A stretch of 64,000 nucleotides of DNA from the NCBI GenBank assembly GCA_965368975.1, contig CBDUPA010000001.1, positions 192,001-256,000 of the forward strand, in the 5' to 3' direction. Source of the DNA: an uncultured bacterium (GTDB lineage: Bacteria > Acidobacteriota > Thermoanaerobaculia > Multivoradales > JAHZIX01). The position numbers were made by a program, and so were the translations under genes. Below, in pieces: positions 1-8,506 of this stretch. The stretch's first letter is position 1. Every line of letters starts with the position of its first letter. The notes under the pieces are model-generated. The model saw only the letters and a program-made list of their open reading frames with translations, was not told where the DNA came from and searched no databases.

Positions 1-802
1 CGAGTCCTTCGCCGAAGCCCTGTCTTACCTACCCGAGCCGTCGACCTTCATCCTGGGGCCGGACAGCTATCTGGAGCAGCTGGCGACCATCAAGCGCAGT
101 GTCTCGGTACCGCTCATCGCATCGCTCAACGGCACGAGTCCGGGCGGCTGGCTAGAGTACGCGCGGCTGCTGCAACAAGCTGGTGCCGACGCGCTCGAAC
201 TCAACGTCTACCAGCTGGTCACTGATCCGCTGGTCAGCGCCGAGGATGTCGAGCGTGAGACGATCGACATGGTGACCTCGGTCAAGGAAGCTGTGTCGAT
301 ACCGCTGGCTGTCAAACTATCGCCCTACTACACCTCGCTGGCTCATTTCGCCCGCCGTCTCGACGATGCCGGTGCCGACGCGCTGGTGTTGTTCAACCGC
401 TTCTACCAGCCGGACATCGACCCGGTCGAACAGGAAGCGGCGCGCACGCTCGAATTGTCGAATCGGTCCGAGTTGCGCCTGCGCCTGCACTGGCTGGCTT
501 TGCTCTTCGGTCACCTGGACGCCGGCCTGGCGGTCACGGGTGGCGTCCACGCGGGCGTCGATGCCGTCAAGGCGGTGATGTGCGGCGCTAGCGCCGTGCA
601 GGTGGTGTCCGCGCTGCTACGTCACGGTCCGGAACGCCTGGCGGTGCTGCGTGGCGAGTTGGTCGAGTGGCTGGAGGAGAACGAGTACGACAGCTTGGCC
701 GAGATGCACGGCTCGATGAGCTTGCTCCGCTGCCCGGACCCGCACGCCTTCGAGCGCGTCAACTACGTCAAGCTGTTGCAGAGCTGGTTGCCGGTGACGT
801 AA
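1..802 (+). CDS. Dihydroorotate dehydrogenase-like flavoprotein (5' truncated by window edge)
   Basis: Frame open from position 2: ...PLIASLNG...GADALELN...PLAVKLSPYY...LVLFNRFYQPDID...GGVH...GASAVQVVSALL, typical of the DHOD-like family. Confidence 0.85.
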   Translation, partial: ESFAEALSYLPEPSTFILGPDSYLEQLATIKRSVSVPLIASLNGTSPGGWLEYARLLQQAGADALELNVYQLVTDPLVSAEDVERETIDMVTSVKEAVSIPLAVKLSPYYTSLAHFARRLDDAGADALVLFNRFYQPDIDPVEQEAARTLELSNRSELRLRLHWLALLFGHLDAGLAVTGGVHAGVDAVKAVMCGASAVQVVSALLRHGPERLAVLRGELVEWLEENEYDSLAEMHGSMSLLRCPDPHAFERVNYVKLLQSWLPVT

Positions 803-830
803 GGCGGAAGACCGGATGCTGATTCTCTCG

Positions 831-950
831 TCTGGGTAGGGGCGGCCCCATGTGGGTGCCCTGGGTGGGGGGGCGGTGGTCTGATTTCGATTCCGGATAC
901 GGATGCGGCTGGCGCCGCAGGGTAGGCACATGAGCCTACCCCTACCCAGA
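831..950. repeat. REP-like inverted doublet (GTAG-type), locus 1
   Basis: 33-bp units TCTGGGTAGGGGCGGCCCCATGTGGGTGCCCTG (831-863, +) and an inverted copy at 918-950; same unit recurs at 47848-47927; lies between convergent genes. Confidence 0.75.
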
Positions 951-993
951 TCCTCGGATTCGGTTCCGATGTGCCTTGGGTGGGGGCGGTGTT

Positions 994-1668
994 TCAGGGC
1001 CGGACTTCGGCAAGTTCGGCCCTCGCCTGCGCCAACGCCTGGCGCACCGCGTCGCGCATTTGCTCGACGACTTTGGCGACGCTCGGGTTCTGCCCCGAGC
1101 TGGCGCTATCCGATCCGGCACGGCCTCGACTCTCGCCGACCACGGTGCCCTCCCACAGCCGTTCGCCGTCGCCGCGTGTCAGCAGCAGGTCGAGCCGCAC
1201 GCGTGTCGAAACGCCGGCCGCGGTGTCGACCTCTTCCAGGTAGACGAGGCGGCCGTCGAGCTTGGCCTTTCGTGTTGGTGCGCGCGGCGAGGCGACGATG
1301 CTGGAAGCAGGGCGAATGCTGGCGAAGCCGGGGGTGCCACTCAGTTCTTCGGCGACCAGGACCGGCAGCATGCGGCTGAGAGGGGCAGCCCACTGGTGGT
1401 AGGTGTAGAAGCCGACTTCCGGTGCATCGGTGCCGATCCGATAGACCAGCTGCGCGCGATCGTAGGGCGGGTCGACGAGGAAGCTGGCGACCTCGACGTA
1501 CAGCCCATCGCCCGCGGTCGCAGGCTCGGTGGTGGTGTCGGGTGCGCCAGCCTTGGGCGTGTGGAGAGTGTAGAAGTGCGTCGTCGGCACGCTGCGGCAG
1601 CCGCCAACAAAGGCCAGCAGGACGAGCAGACACGAGAGCGGCGGCAGGCGACGAGCTGGACGCATCAC
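994..1668 (-). CDS. ABC-transport auxiliary lipoprotein (PqiC-like)
   Basis: Lipobox FVGGC, then HFYTL, YDRAQLVYR, HQWAAPLSRML; last gene of the MCE operon. Confidence 0.8.
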   Translation of the reverse strand: MMRPARRLPPLSCLLVLLAFVGGCRSVPTTHFYTLHTPKAGAPDTTTEPATAGDGLYVEVASFLVDPPYDRAQLVYRIGTDAPEVGFYTYHQWAAPLSRMLPVLVAEELSGTPGFASIRPASSIVASPRAPTRKAKLDGRLVYLEEVDTAAGVSTRVRLDLLLTRGDGERLWEGTVVGESRGRAGSDSASSGQNPSVAKVVEQMRDAVRQALAQARAELAEVRP

Positions 1669-2717
1669 GGGGACTCCTTCGCACCGACTCCGTCGCCCGG
1701 CTGGCGCTCGCGCGGTGTTCGCAGGCCGAGCAGGGACGACGGACGGGCGGCCAGAGATTCGGACAGAGTTTTCAGGTTGGCGCTGGCGTCGCGCAGGTCG
1801 CGCAGGGTGGCTTCGAGGTCACCGCGGTTGCCGTTGACGGTCGACAAGGTGGTGTCCAGACGTCCGAGGGCGCTCTCGGCACGGGCCAGGAGTTGGCGCA
1901 GCTCTTCCCCCTGCGGCCCGAGCGAGTGCTCGAGCGTGGCACGCAGGTCGCGGCTCAACGCCGAGACGTCGGCGCCGACCTCGGGTACGGCGACGGCGGC
2001 GGTCTCGACGCCAGCGGCCGTGCTCTCGAGCTGCGCCAGCGTCGTGTCGAGCCGCGGCCCGAGTGTTTCCAGTGCCTGGCGCAGGCCAGCGAGGCTGGCG
2101 CTCAGGTTGGCTTGGTTCTCAGCGCCCATCAGCTGTTCGGCGCCGTCGAGAATCGGGCCGGCGCGGTCGGCGAGTTGCCGCACCAGGCGTTCGGTCTCCT
2201 CGAGCACCCCGACGGCCCGGTCGGCGACGGTTTCGAGACGCATGAGGCTCCGTTCCAGCGTCTGCATCGAGTCGCCCTCGATGCTGCTGCCGGGTTCGAG
2301 GCGCTGGTCGCTCGGGGGGCCAGGGTCGATGGCCAGGTACTTGCCTCCCAGCAGGCTGTCCGAGCCGATGAACGCACGACTCTCGGGGCCCAGGCGGACG
2401 TTGGGGTCGAGTTCGACGGTCAGGGTCACCGGCCGCTCGGGATCGTCGCCCAGTTGCAGGTCGGTAATGCGCCCCACCTCGACGCCCGCGACGCGTACTG
2501 TGTCTCCCGAGCGCACGCCGCCGGAAGCCTCCAGGCGCACCTCGTAGCTCGGTCGCCCAGGTTCGAGCAGCGACGAACCGGCGATGCGCAGGGTGACGTA
2601 GCCGGCCAGCAGCAGGGCGGCCAAGACGAACAGGCCGACCCACGCCTCCTGGGCGACGGCACCGGTCTGCCGGCGAAGCGCTGGCTCGGGGGAAGTTCTG
2701 TAGCGTCTGCGGATCAC
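1665..2717 (-). CDS. mlaD: MCE/MlaD family protein with helical extension
   Basis: N-terminal TM, GGVRSGDTVRVAGVEVGRI, SLLGGKYLAIDPG; GTG start overlaps upstream stop (GTGA). Confidence 0.85.
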   Translation of the reverse strand: MIRRRYRTSPEPALRRQTGAVAQEAWVGLFVLAALLLAGYVTLRIAGSSLLEPGRPSYEVRLEASGGVRSGDTVRVAGVEVGRITDLQLGDDPERPVTLTVELDPNVRLGPESRAFIGSDSLLGGKYLAIDPGPPSDQRLEPGSSIEGDSMQTLERSLMRLETVADRAVGVLEETERLVRQLADRAGPILDGAEQLMGAENQANLSASLAGLRQALETLGPRLDTTLAQLESTAAGVETAAVAVPEVGADVSALSRDLRATLEHSLGPQGEELRQLLARAESALGRLDTTLSTVNGNRGDLEATLRDLRDASANLKTLSESLAARPSSLLGLRTPRERQPGDGVGAKESP

Positions 2718-3568
2718 GTTGGCATCCTCTCCTCTTCGCTGACCTCGGTCAACATCTTGCGGTACCAGCCTTCGTCGGGCTTTTCCTGCGGTGGCTGGCG
2801 GTCGAGAAAGGCCCGCACGCGGGCGTCGGTGCTGTGCTGCAGCTCTTCCGGGGGAGCGATGGTGAGGAACTGGCCCTGGTACATGACGCCGATGTAGTCG
2901 GCGATACGGAAGGCACTCTCGAGCTCGTGGGTGACCACCACCAGGGTCGCGCCGAAGACGTCGCGCAGGCTCTTGAGCAACTCGTCGAGGCCGGCCGAGG
3001 TGACCGGGTCGAGGCCCGCGGACGGTTCGTCGCAGAACAGCAGGTCGGGGTCGAGGACCATGGCGCGGGCGAGTGCCGCGCGCTTGAGCATGCCGCCGCT
3101 GAGCTCGGACGGGTAGAGATCGGTCGCCTGTTCGAGCCCGACCATGGCCAGCTTCATGCGCACCACCAGGCGGCGCGTCGAGTGCGGCAGATCGGTGTGC
3201 TCGACCAGCGGCAATTCGACGTTCTCACCCACGGTCATGGAGCCGAAGAGCGCACCGCGTTGGAACGCGACCCCCATGCGCTCGCGTAGCCGTTGCAGCG
3301 TGGCCGAGTTGGCGTGATCCATATCGACGCCGTGCAACCGGATCTCGCCGGCATCGGCTTCTTCCAGGCCGACCAGGCAGCGCAACAGGGTGCTCTTGCC
3401 GCTGCCGGAAAAACCGAGAATGGCGAGCGTCTTGCCGACAGGGACTTCAAGATCGAGATCCTCGAGCACCGTGTGCCCGCCGAAGCGCTTGGTCAGCCCG
3501 CGTACCTCGATCGCCGGACAGCTGGGATCGCGTGCGAGGGGCTCGGGACGAGGCCGTTTCTTGAACAC
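2714..3568 (-). CDS. mlaF: MlaF-type ABC ATPase
   Basis: Walker A GFSGSGKS, LSGGMLKRAALARA, DEPSAGLDPV; start placed at GTG 3568 after AAGGA (the ORF-track 653-aa version is over-extended). Confidence 0.9.
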   Translation of the reverse strand: MFKKRPRPEPLARDPSCPAIEVRGLTKRFGGHTVLEDLDLEVPVGKTLAILGFSGSGKSTLLRCLVGLEEADAGEIRLHGVDMDHANSATLQRLRERMGVAFQRGALFGSMTVGENVELPLVEHTDLPHSTRRLVVRMKLAMVGLEQATDLYPSELSGGMLKRAALARAMVLDPDLLFCDEPSAGLDPVTSAGLDELLKSLRDVFGATLVVVTHELESAFRIADYIGVMYQGQFLTIAPPEELQHSTDARVRAFLDRQPPQEKPDEGWYRKMLTEVSEEERMPT

Positions 3569-3585
3569 GGTTGGACTCGGTTCCT

Positions 3586-4380
3586 TCAGCGCGAAACGTA
3601 GAGCAGGGCGGTGACGAACAGGTCGGCGGCGATGATCAGGATGATCGAGTGGACGACGGCCGAGGTCGTCGAGCGGCCGACGGCCTCGGCACCGCCACGC
3701 GTTTCCAGGCCGCGCTGGCAGCCGATCAGGCCGATGATGCCGGCGAAGACGAAGGCTTTGAGCAGGCCGCCCCACACGTCCTGCAGGGTCAGGGCATTGA
3801 GGGTGTCGCTCAGATAGCCGGCGGGCGATAGGCCGAGCACGGTCACCGAAATCGAGAAGCCGCCGAAGATGCCCACCAGGTCGCCGAAGATCGTCAGGCA
3901 GGGTAGGGCGATCAGCAGGCCCAGCAGGCGCGGCACCACCAGGAACGACGTCGGGTCGATGCCGATGACGGTCAGCGCGTCGATCTCTTGCGACACGCGC
4001 ATCGTGCCCAGCTCGGCGGCCAGCGCCGAGCCGACACGACCAGCGACCAGGATGGCGGTGAGCAGGGGGGCCAGCTCGCGCGTCACCGAGACGGCGACCA
4101 GGTCGGCGACCAGGCGCAGCAGGCCGAGCTGGCGCAGCTGGTAGGCCGACTGCAGCGCCAGGATCATGCCGACCAGGAAGGTCAAGAGCGCCACCAGGGG
4201 CAGCGAGCGATTGCCGGCGCGCAGCATTTGCGCGAAGGTGGACCGCCAGCGTGGTTTGTCGCCGCGCAGAGGGCCGAGAAGAGCGCGGTCGAGCGTGCGT
4301 GCGGTGAGCTGCCATAGCCGTCCGATTTCGGCCAAGCCCTCGAGAGTGGTTCCCCCGATGGCGCGCAGCGGAGTCTTCAT
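3586..4380 (-). CDS. mlaE: MlaE-type ABC permease
   Basis: RELAPLLTAILVAGRVGSALAAELGTMRVSQEIDAL, GGAEAVGRSTTSAVV. Confidence 0.92.
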   Translation of the reverse strand: MKTPLRAIGGTTLEGLAEIGRLWQLTARTLDRALLGPLRGDKPRWRSTFAQMLRAGNRSLPLVALLTFLVGMILALQSAYQLRQLGLLRLVADLVAVSVTRELAPLLTAILVAGRVGSALAAELGTMRVSQEIDALTVIGIDPTSFLVVPRLLGLLIALPCLTIFGDLVGIFGGFSISVTVLGLSPAGYLSDTLNALTLQDVWGGLLKAFVFAGIIGLIGCQRGLETRGGAEAVGRSTTSAVVHSIILIIAADLFVTALLYVSR

Positions 4381-4802
4381 GCGCTGGCGGGTACCGCGCT
4401 ACTGGATTCGACCGCGCTCGCGGAATCGAGGGGTGGGCTCTGCTCGCCGTGGAGCTTGGCCTCCAGCGCCATCCGGCACGACTCACAGCGCGACAGCGCG
4501 TCGGTGAGGCCGGACAGCTGGAACACCTTGCGCACAGAGTCGGTAGCCGAACAGAAGAAGAGTTCGGGTCTACCCGCCGCCCGTGCCTTGAGCAGCCCCT
4601 CGACCAGCACCGCCGTGGCCACGGTATCCATGTGCTCGACACCGTCGAGGTCGACGACCAGCCGGTGGCGCGCACGGTCGAGCGCGCTGAACAGCTGGCG
4701 TCGTAGTTCCGGGGCCTGGTGGTAGGTCGCGGTGCCGTCGAGCTCGAGCACCCAGCTCTCTACACGCGGGTCCTCGTTCAGTCGGATGTCGAGTGGTGGC
4801 AT
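4377..4802 (-). CDS. STAS-domain protein (MlaB-like/anti-sigma antagonist fold)
   Basis: LVVDLDGVEHMDTVATAVL...VRKVFQLSGL; coupled to mlaE (ATGA overlap). Confidence 0.8.
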   Translation of the reverse strand: MPPLDIRLNEDPRVESWVLELDGTATYHQAPELRRQLFSALDRARHRLVVDLDGVEHMDTVATAVLVEGLLKARAAGRPELFFCSATDSVRKVFQLSGLTDALSRCESCRMALEAKLHGEQSPPLDSASAVESSSAVPASA

Positions 4803-4812
4803 GGGAGGCTCC

Positions 4813-5319
4813 TCAAAGATCTTGCAGGCGCTTCAGCAACTGGATCTGACCGGCATGGTAGATGTCGTGGCAGGCGATGCCCTGGATCAGGTCCAGGTAC
4901 GTCGTCTTGCTGCCTTCGGGAACCTGGGTCAGCAGGGCCGGGTCGAGCCAGGCTACCGACGCTCGCAGCGCCTTGTGCATTTCGGCCAGCAGCTTGCGGT
5001 CGTCGTTCCAGGCCTTGTCCAGGGCCTTCTCGTCGTCGCCGTCCACGCTCTCGGGAGGGCGTGGCCAGAAGTTGCTACCGGCGAGCGGAAAGGAACCGCG
5101 CTTGAGCCCTTGGATGCGCCGGTGCACGGTGTACTTCCAGTAGGCCGCATGCAGCGTCAGCTCCCAGATGTTGTGCCGTTCCGGCGACGGTCGCCAGGCC
5201 GCCTGCGCCGCCGTCACGCCGCGCAGGGAACCGCGCAGGTTCGGGCCGTGCCAGGCCTTGCGCTCGTAGCCCTGGTCGATCAGGTTCAGCAGCATATCGA
5301 TGCGGGGGTCGTTGGCCAT
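4813..5319 (-). CDS. DinB/DUF1572-like family protein
   Basis: AWHGPNL, HNIWELTLHAAYWK, HDIYHAGQIQLLK; ATG 5319 preceded by AAGGA. Confidence 0.85.
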   Translation of the reverse strand: MANDPRIDMLLNLIDQGYERKAWHGPNLRGSLRGVTAAQAAWRPSPERHNIWELTLHAAYWKYTVHRRIQGLKRGSFPLAGSNFWPRPPESVDGDDEKALDKAWNDDRKLLAEMHKALRASVAWLDPALLTQVPEGSKTTYLDLIQGIACHDIYHAGQIQLLKRLQDL

Positions 5320-5326
5320 GGGGTCC

Positions 5327-5368
5327 TTGGTGTTGTGGCTTTGGTGCTGTGGCTTTGGTGCTGTGGTT
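5327..5368. repeat. 3 x 14-bp tandem repeat ending at the dinB RBS
   Basis: TTGGTGTTGTGGCT / TTGGTGCTGTGGCT / TTGGTGCTGTGGTT. Confidence 0.8.
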
Positions 5369-5539
5369 GGGGACGTCGTTGTATCCTTGATATCGCGCTT
5401 CTGGATCCTGTTCCGTCGCGCGTGCCAGGTCAAGCGTATTTTGCGTGAATACTGTTGTGATGCCGCTGCATCCAGCTCCCGCACCTCTCGTCCAGGAGAA
5501 CTCGTGTCAGATTCACCCCGCGGTTTCGAGCCCCACCAC

Positions 5540-6967
5540 ATGAACTGGGACGACTTCCGTCGCCATGCCCACGAGCTGGTGGACTGGATCGTCGACTACT
5601 ATGGTCGCATCGAAGACCTACCGGTCTTGTCGCGGGCCGAGCCGGGGCAGCTACGCGCCGCGCTGCCGACCGAACCACCGCGGCAAGGCGAGTCGTTCGA
5701 GGCCATGCTGCGAGACGTCGACGAGCACATCCTGCCCGGTCTCACGCACTGGCAGTCGCCGAACTTCTTCGCCTTCTTCCCGGCCAATGCCTCGGCGCCC
5801 GCCATGCTCGGTGAGTTGCTGAGCGCCGCGCTCGGCGTTCAGGGCATGCTGTGGACCACCAGTCCCGCGTGCACCGAGCTGGAGACGCACGTTCTCGACT
5901 GGCTGGTCGACATGCTCGACCTGCCCGAAGCCTTCAAGTCGACGTCGGACGGCGGTGGTGTCATCCAGGATACCGCTTCGAGTGCGACGCTCTGCGCCTT
6001 GCTGGCAGCGCGCCAGCGCGTCCAGGAAGCGGAGCCGGCGGGCAAGCCTGGTGAGGAGGCCGGCGCGCTGTCACGCATGGTCGCGTACACCTCGACGCAG
6101 GCCCACTCGAGCGTCGAGAAGGCGGCTCGCATCGCCGGGTTTCACCCCGCACACCTGCGCTCGATCGAGGTCGACGAAGCCTTCGCCCTGCGCCCAGACG
6201 TGCTGGCCGAACAGATTCGGGCCGACCTCGCCGCCGGTCTGATTCCTTGCTTCGTGTGCGCCAACCTCGGCACCACCTCGTCCGAAGCGATCGACCCGCT
6301 GCCGGCGATCGGCAAGATCTGCCACGAGTACAAGGTCTGGTTGCACGCCGATGCCGCCATGGCCGGCACTGCTGCGCTGTGTCCGGAGTTTCGGTTCGTT
6401 CACGAGGGTCTAGAGTACGTGGACAGCTACTGCTTCAACCCGCACAAGTGGATGTTCACCAACTTCGACTGCGACGCCTTCTACGTCCGCGACCGCTCCG
6501 TCTTGGTGCGCACCCTGAGCGTGCTGCCCGAGTACCTGCGCAACGCCGCCACCGAGTCCGGCAAGGTCTTTGACTACCGCGACTGGCATATCCCCCTCGG
6601 CCGCCGCTTCCGTGCGCTCAAACTGTGGTTCGTCATCCGCCACTACGGCGTCGAAGGCCTGCAAGCCCACATCCGCGAGCACGTCCGCCTGGCGCAGTGG
6701 TTCCGGGACGAAGTAGCGTCTCATTCCGACTTTGAGCTGATGGCGCCCGCCCCTCTGAATCTGGTCTGCTTCCGCCACCGCGGTAGCGACGAGGTCAACG
6801 AGCAGCTGATGAATCGCCTCAACGACAGCGGCGACCTCTACCTGACCCACACCAAGCTGTCCGGCAAGTTCACCCTCCGCCTCTGCGTCGGGCAGACCTA
6901 CACCGAAGAGCGCCACGTCCACCGGGCCTGGCGGCGGATCGTCGAGGAAGCGGACAAGCTGGGATGA
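5540..6967 (+). CDS. Group II PLP-dependent decarboxylase (aromatic-L-amino-acid decarboxylase-like)
   Basis: LTHWQSPNFFAFFP, SPACTELE, GGGVIQDTAS, AHSSVEKA, FNPHKW (PLP lysine), YRDWHIPLGRRFRALKLW. Confidence 0.92.
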   Translation: MNWDDFRRHAHELVDWIVDYYGRIEDLPVLSRAEPGQLRAALPTEPPRQGESFEAMLRDVDEHILPGLTHWQSPNFFAFFPANASAPAMLGELLSAALGVQGMLWTTSPACTELETHVLDWLVDMLDLPEAFKSTSDGGGVIQDTASSATLCALLAARQRVQEAEPAGKPGEEAGALSRMVAYTSTQAHSSVEKAARIAGFHPAHLRSIEVDEAFALRPDVLAEQIRADLAAGLIPCFVCANLGTTSSEAIDPLPAIGKICHEYKVWLHADAAMAGTAALCPEFRFVHEGLEYVDSYCFNPHKWMFTNFDCDAFYVRDRSVLVRTLSVLPEYLRNAATESGKVFDYRDWHIPLGRRFRALKLWFVIRHYGVEGLQAHIREHVRLAQWFRDEVASHSDFELMAPAPLNLVCFRHRGSDEVNEQLMNRLNDSGDLYLTHTKLSGKFTLRLCVGQTYTEERHVHRAWRRIVEEADKLG

Positions 6968-7299
6968 AGAACAATCTGTTCGCCGGCATCCCTGAAAGCT
7001 TGCCGGAAGAGCTGACAGAAGACCTGCTACGTTGCGATGGCGTGCGCATCGAACGGATCGTTTCGCGTGGTCATGCGTCACCGCCGGACTTCTGGTACGA
7101 CCAAGACGAAGACGAGTGGGTGATGGTGGTGCAGGGACGGGCGGGGCTGGAATTCGACAATGAGACTGGGGAGAGGGAGGTCGAGATGGGGCCGGGCAAC
7201 TACGTCTTCATCCCGGCGCATCGGCGTCATCGCGTCGCGTGGACGGCGGAGGGAGAGGACACGGTCTGGTTGGCGGTGTTCCTGTCTAGTCCTGGCTAG
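6964..7299 (+). CDS. Cupin domain protein
   Basis: VRIERIVSRGHASPPDFWYDQDEDEWV...IPAHRRHRVAWT. Confidence 0.88.
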   Translation: MKNNLFAGIPESLPEELTEDLLRCDGVRIERIVSRGHASPPDFWYDQDEDEWVMVVQGRAGLEFDNETGEREVEMGPGNYVFIPAHRRHRVAWTAEGEDTVWLAVFLSSPG

Positions 7300-7895
7300 T
7301 CCTTGACTGCGGCCACTCGCTGTTCAAATTCCTCCAGCATGTCGCGATCATCAGGACCATAGCCGCGAGCTGAGATCAGTTCCAACAATCTTCGTGCCGT
7401 TCCAATGTCATCACTCGATGCGTAGCGGAGCAGCACGTCAATATCTGCTAGGTCAATCGGGCGACTGGCCAGAGTCTTTAGAGCTAGCAAAGGACCGATC
7501 TGGCAGACGGGCACGGTCAAGCCTGGCATGGCCTGCAACTCTTCAGCAGACTCCACGACCTCCGGCTCAATTCCCGAGAAAGCGAACATCAAGTCGACAA
7601 TGATCTCTTCTTCTTGGGCTCGTGGTGGAATCAAGCGAACTGCTGCTAATCTGTCGTTGTCATTTCGATCGAGCTGCCCATAGGGCCGGACTTGATATCC
7701 GAAGTCATGCAGGAAGTGCCGTGTCAGTGCTTCCGCCTCGCCGTCTCCTGAGACGAGAATCGCAGCATCGACATCTCGAGTCGTGCGAGCTTCGCCTCGG
7801 ACGGAGACAGCTAGGCCTCCAATCAAAGCCCAACGGGCTTCAAGTGCGGTGAGATTCTCGCTCAGTCGGCGGAGTGCTTCGTGAAGTGCGTCCAC
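7296..7895 (-). CDS. Nucleotidyltransferase toxin, MenT1 (Rv0078A)-like
   Basis: WALIGGLAVSVRGEARTTRDVD (GG...RxTxDxD NTase motif), RLAAVRL, VDLMFAFSGIEPEVVESAE, LLALK; recognisably similar to MenT1 along its length; lower GC than flanks. Confidence 0.8.
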   Translation of the reverse strand: MDALHEALRRLSENLTALEARWALIGGLAVSVRGEARTTRDVDAAILVSGDGEAEALTRHFLHDFGYQVRPYGQLDRNDNDRLAAVRLIPPRAQEEEIIVDLMFAFSGIEPEVVESAEELQAMPGLTVPVCQIGPLLALKTLASRPIDLADIDVLLRYASSDDIGTARRLLELISARGYGPDDRDMLEEFEQRVAAVKD

Positions 7896-8119
7896 CGGAA
7901 TCCTTCGCGGGGTGGGGGAGGAGGTCCTTGACTTGGCTCGAACGGTTCTTTAAACAGCCAGGCCTGTAGTCGTTGCCGGATCTGAGCCTCGTTCTCGTCT
8001 GGGTGCCGCCGCCGGAAGTTTTGCAGCATGATCTGCTTTGCAGCCTTGTGAAGTTCCAAGGCTGTGCGCATGCGAGCGATGTACTTGGGATCCCGAAGGA
8101 CGGGCTTGGTGACATCCAT
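7862..8119 (-). CDS. Small antitoxin, MenA1 (Rv0078B)-like
   Basis: 85 aa, RMRTALELHKAAKQIMLQNFRRRHPDENEAQIRQRLQAWL resembles the MenA1 helical pattern; upstream of and overlapping the toxin. Confidence 0.7.
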   Translation of the reverse strand: MDVTKPVLRDPKYIARMRTALELHKAAKQIMLQNFRRRHPDENEAQIRQRLQAWLFKEPFEPSQGPPPPPREGFRWTHFTKHSAD

Positions 8120-8134
8120 GGTTTCTATTTTAGC

Positions 8135-8164
8135 AACGAAGTCCCCAAACTTGGGGATTTCGTT
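8135..8164. promoter_or_regulatory. Inverted repeat/operator candidate in divergent promoter region
   Basis: AACGAAGTCCCCAA-AC-TTGGGGATTTCGTT (13/14 arm match). Confidence 0.5.
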
Positions 8165-8247
8165 CAACCCCGCCTGTCCCGTTCCTTCTCCGAGAGGGCA
8201 CCTACAAGAGGAAGCTCCACATCCATCCATCTCTCGGAGGGCCCCCG

Positions 8248-8421
8248 ATGAAGAAAGCAGCTCGCAAGACTTTGCCCACACTCGATCTCGACCGCCTGCA
8301 GGCCGCGGTGGGTGGCGATGAAGAAGCCAGAGGCACCGGCACCACCGAAGAGCCGATGCTCAGCAACATCATGAAGAATCAGCACCAGACGGCGATGGCG
8401 ATCGTCGGCAACCTACGCTGA
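8248..8421 (+). CDS. 57-aa double-glycine leader peptide (not in ORF track)
   Basis: GGAGG RBS; MKKAARKTLPTLDLDRLQAAVGG-DEEARGTGTTEEPMLSNIMKNQHQTAMAIVGNLR*; followed by a strong hairpin. Confidence 0.75.
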   Translation: MKKAARKTLPTLDLDRLQAAVGGDEEARGTGTTEEPMLSNIMKNQHQTAMAIVGNLR

Positions 8422-8432
8422 ATGTCAACCAG

Positions 8433-8490
8433 AACAGAGCAGGCAGCCCGGACGACGAGTCTCGATGTCGCGGGCTGCCTGTTCTGTTTC
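8433..8490. terminator. Probable bidirectional intrinsic terminator
   Basis: AACAGAGCAGGCAGCCCG...CGGGCTGCCTGTTCTGTT stem between convergent genes. Confidence 0.7.
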
Positions 8491-8506
8491 TGCGGCGGGG
8501 CAATCC

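Noticed and set aside
976-2897. Long plus-strand ORFs (976-2547, 1422-2897) and similar ones at 9020-10657, 24467-26089 and 30813-32159
   Set aside because: Antisense shadows of well-supported genes in high-GC DNA; no motifs
2714-4675. 653-aa fused ABC ATPase (likewise the extended ORFs 17906-20140, 20137-21105 and 39465-41036)
   Set aside because: The N-terminal extensions are off-frame read-through over real neighbouring genes; true starts lie downstream
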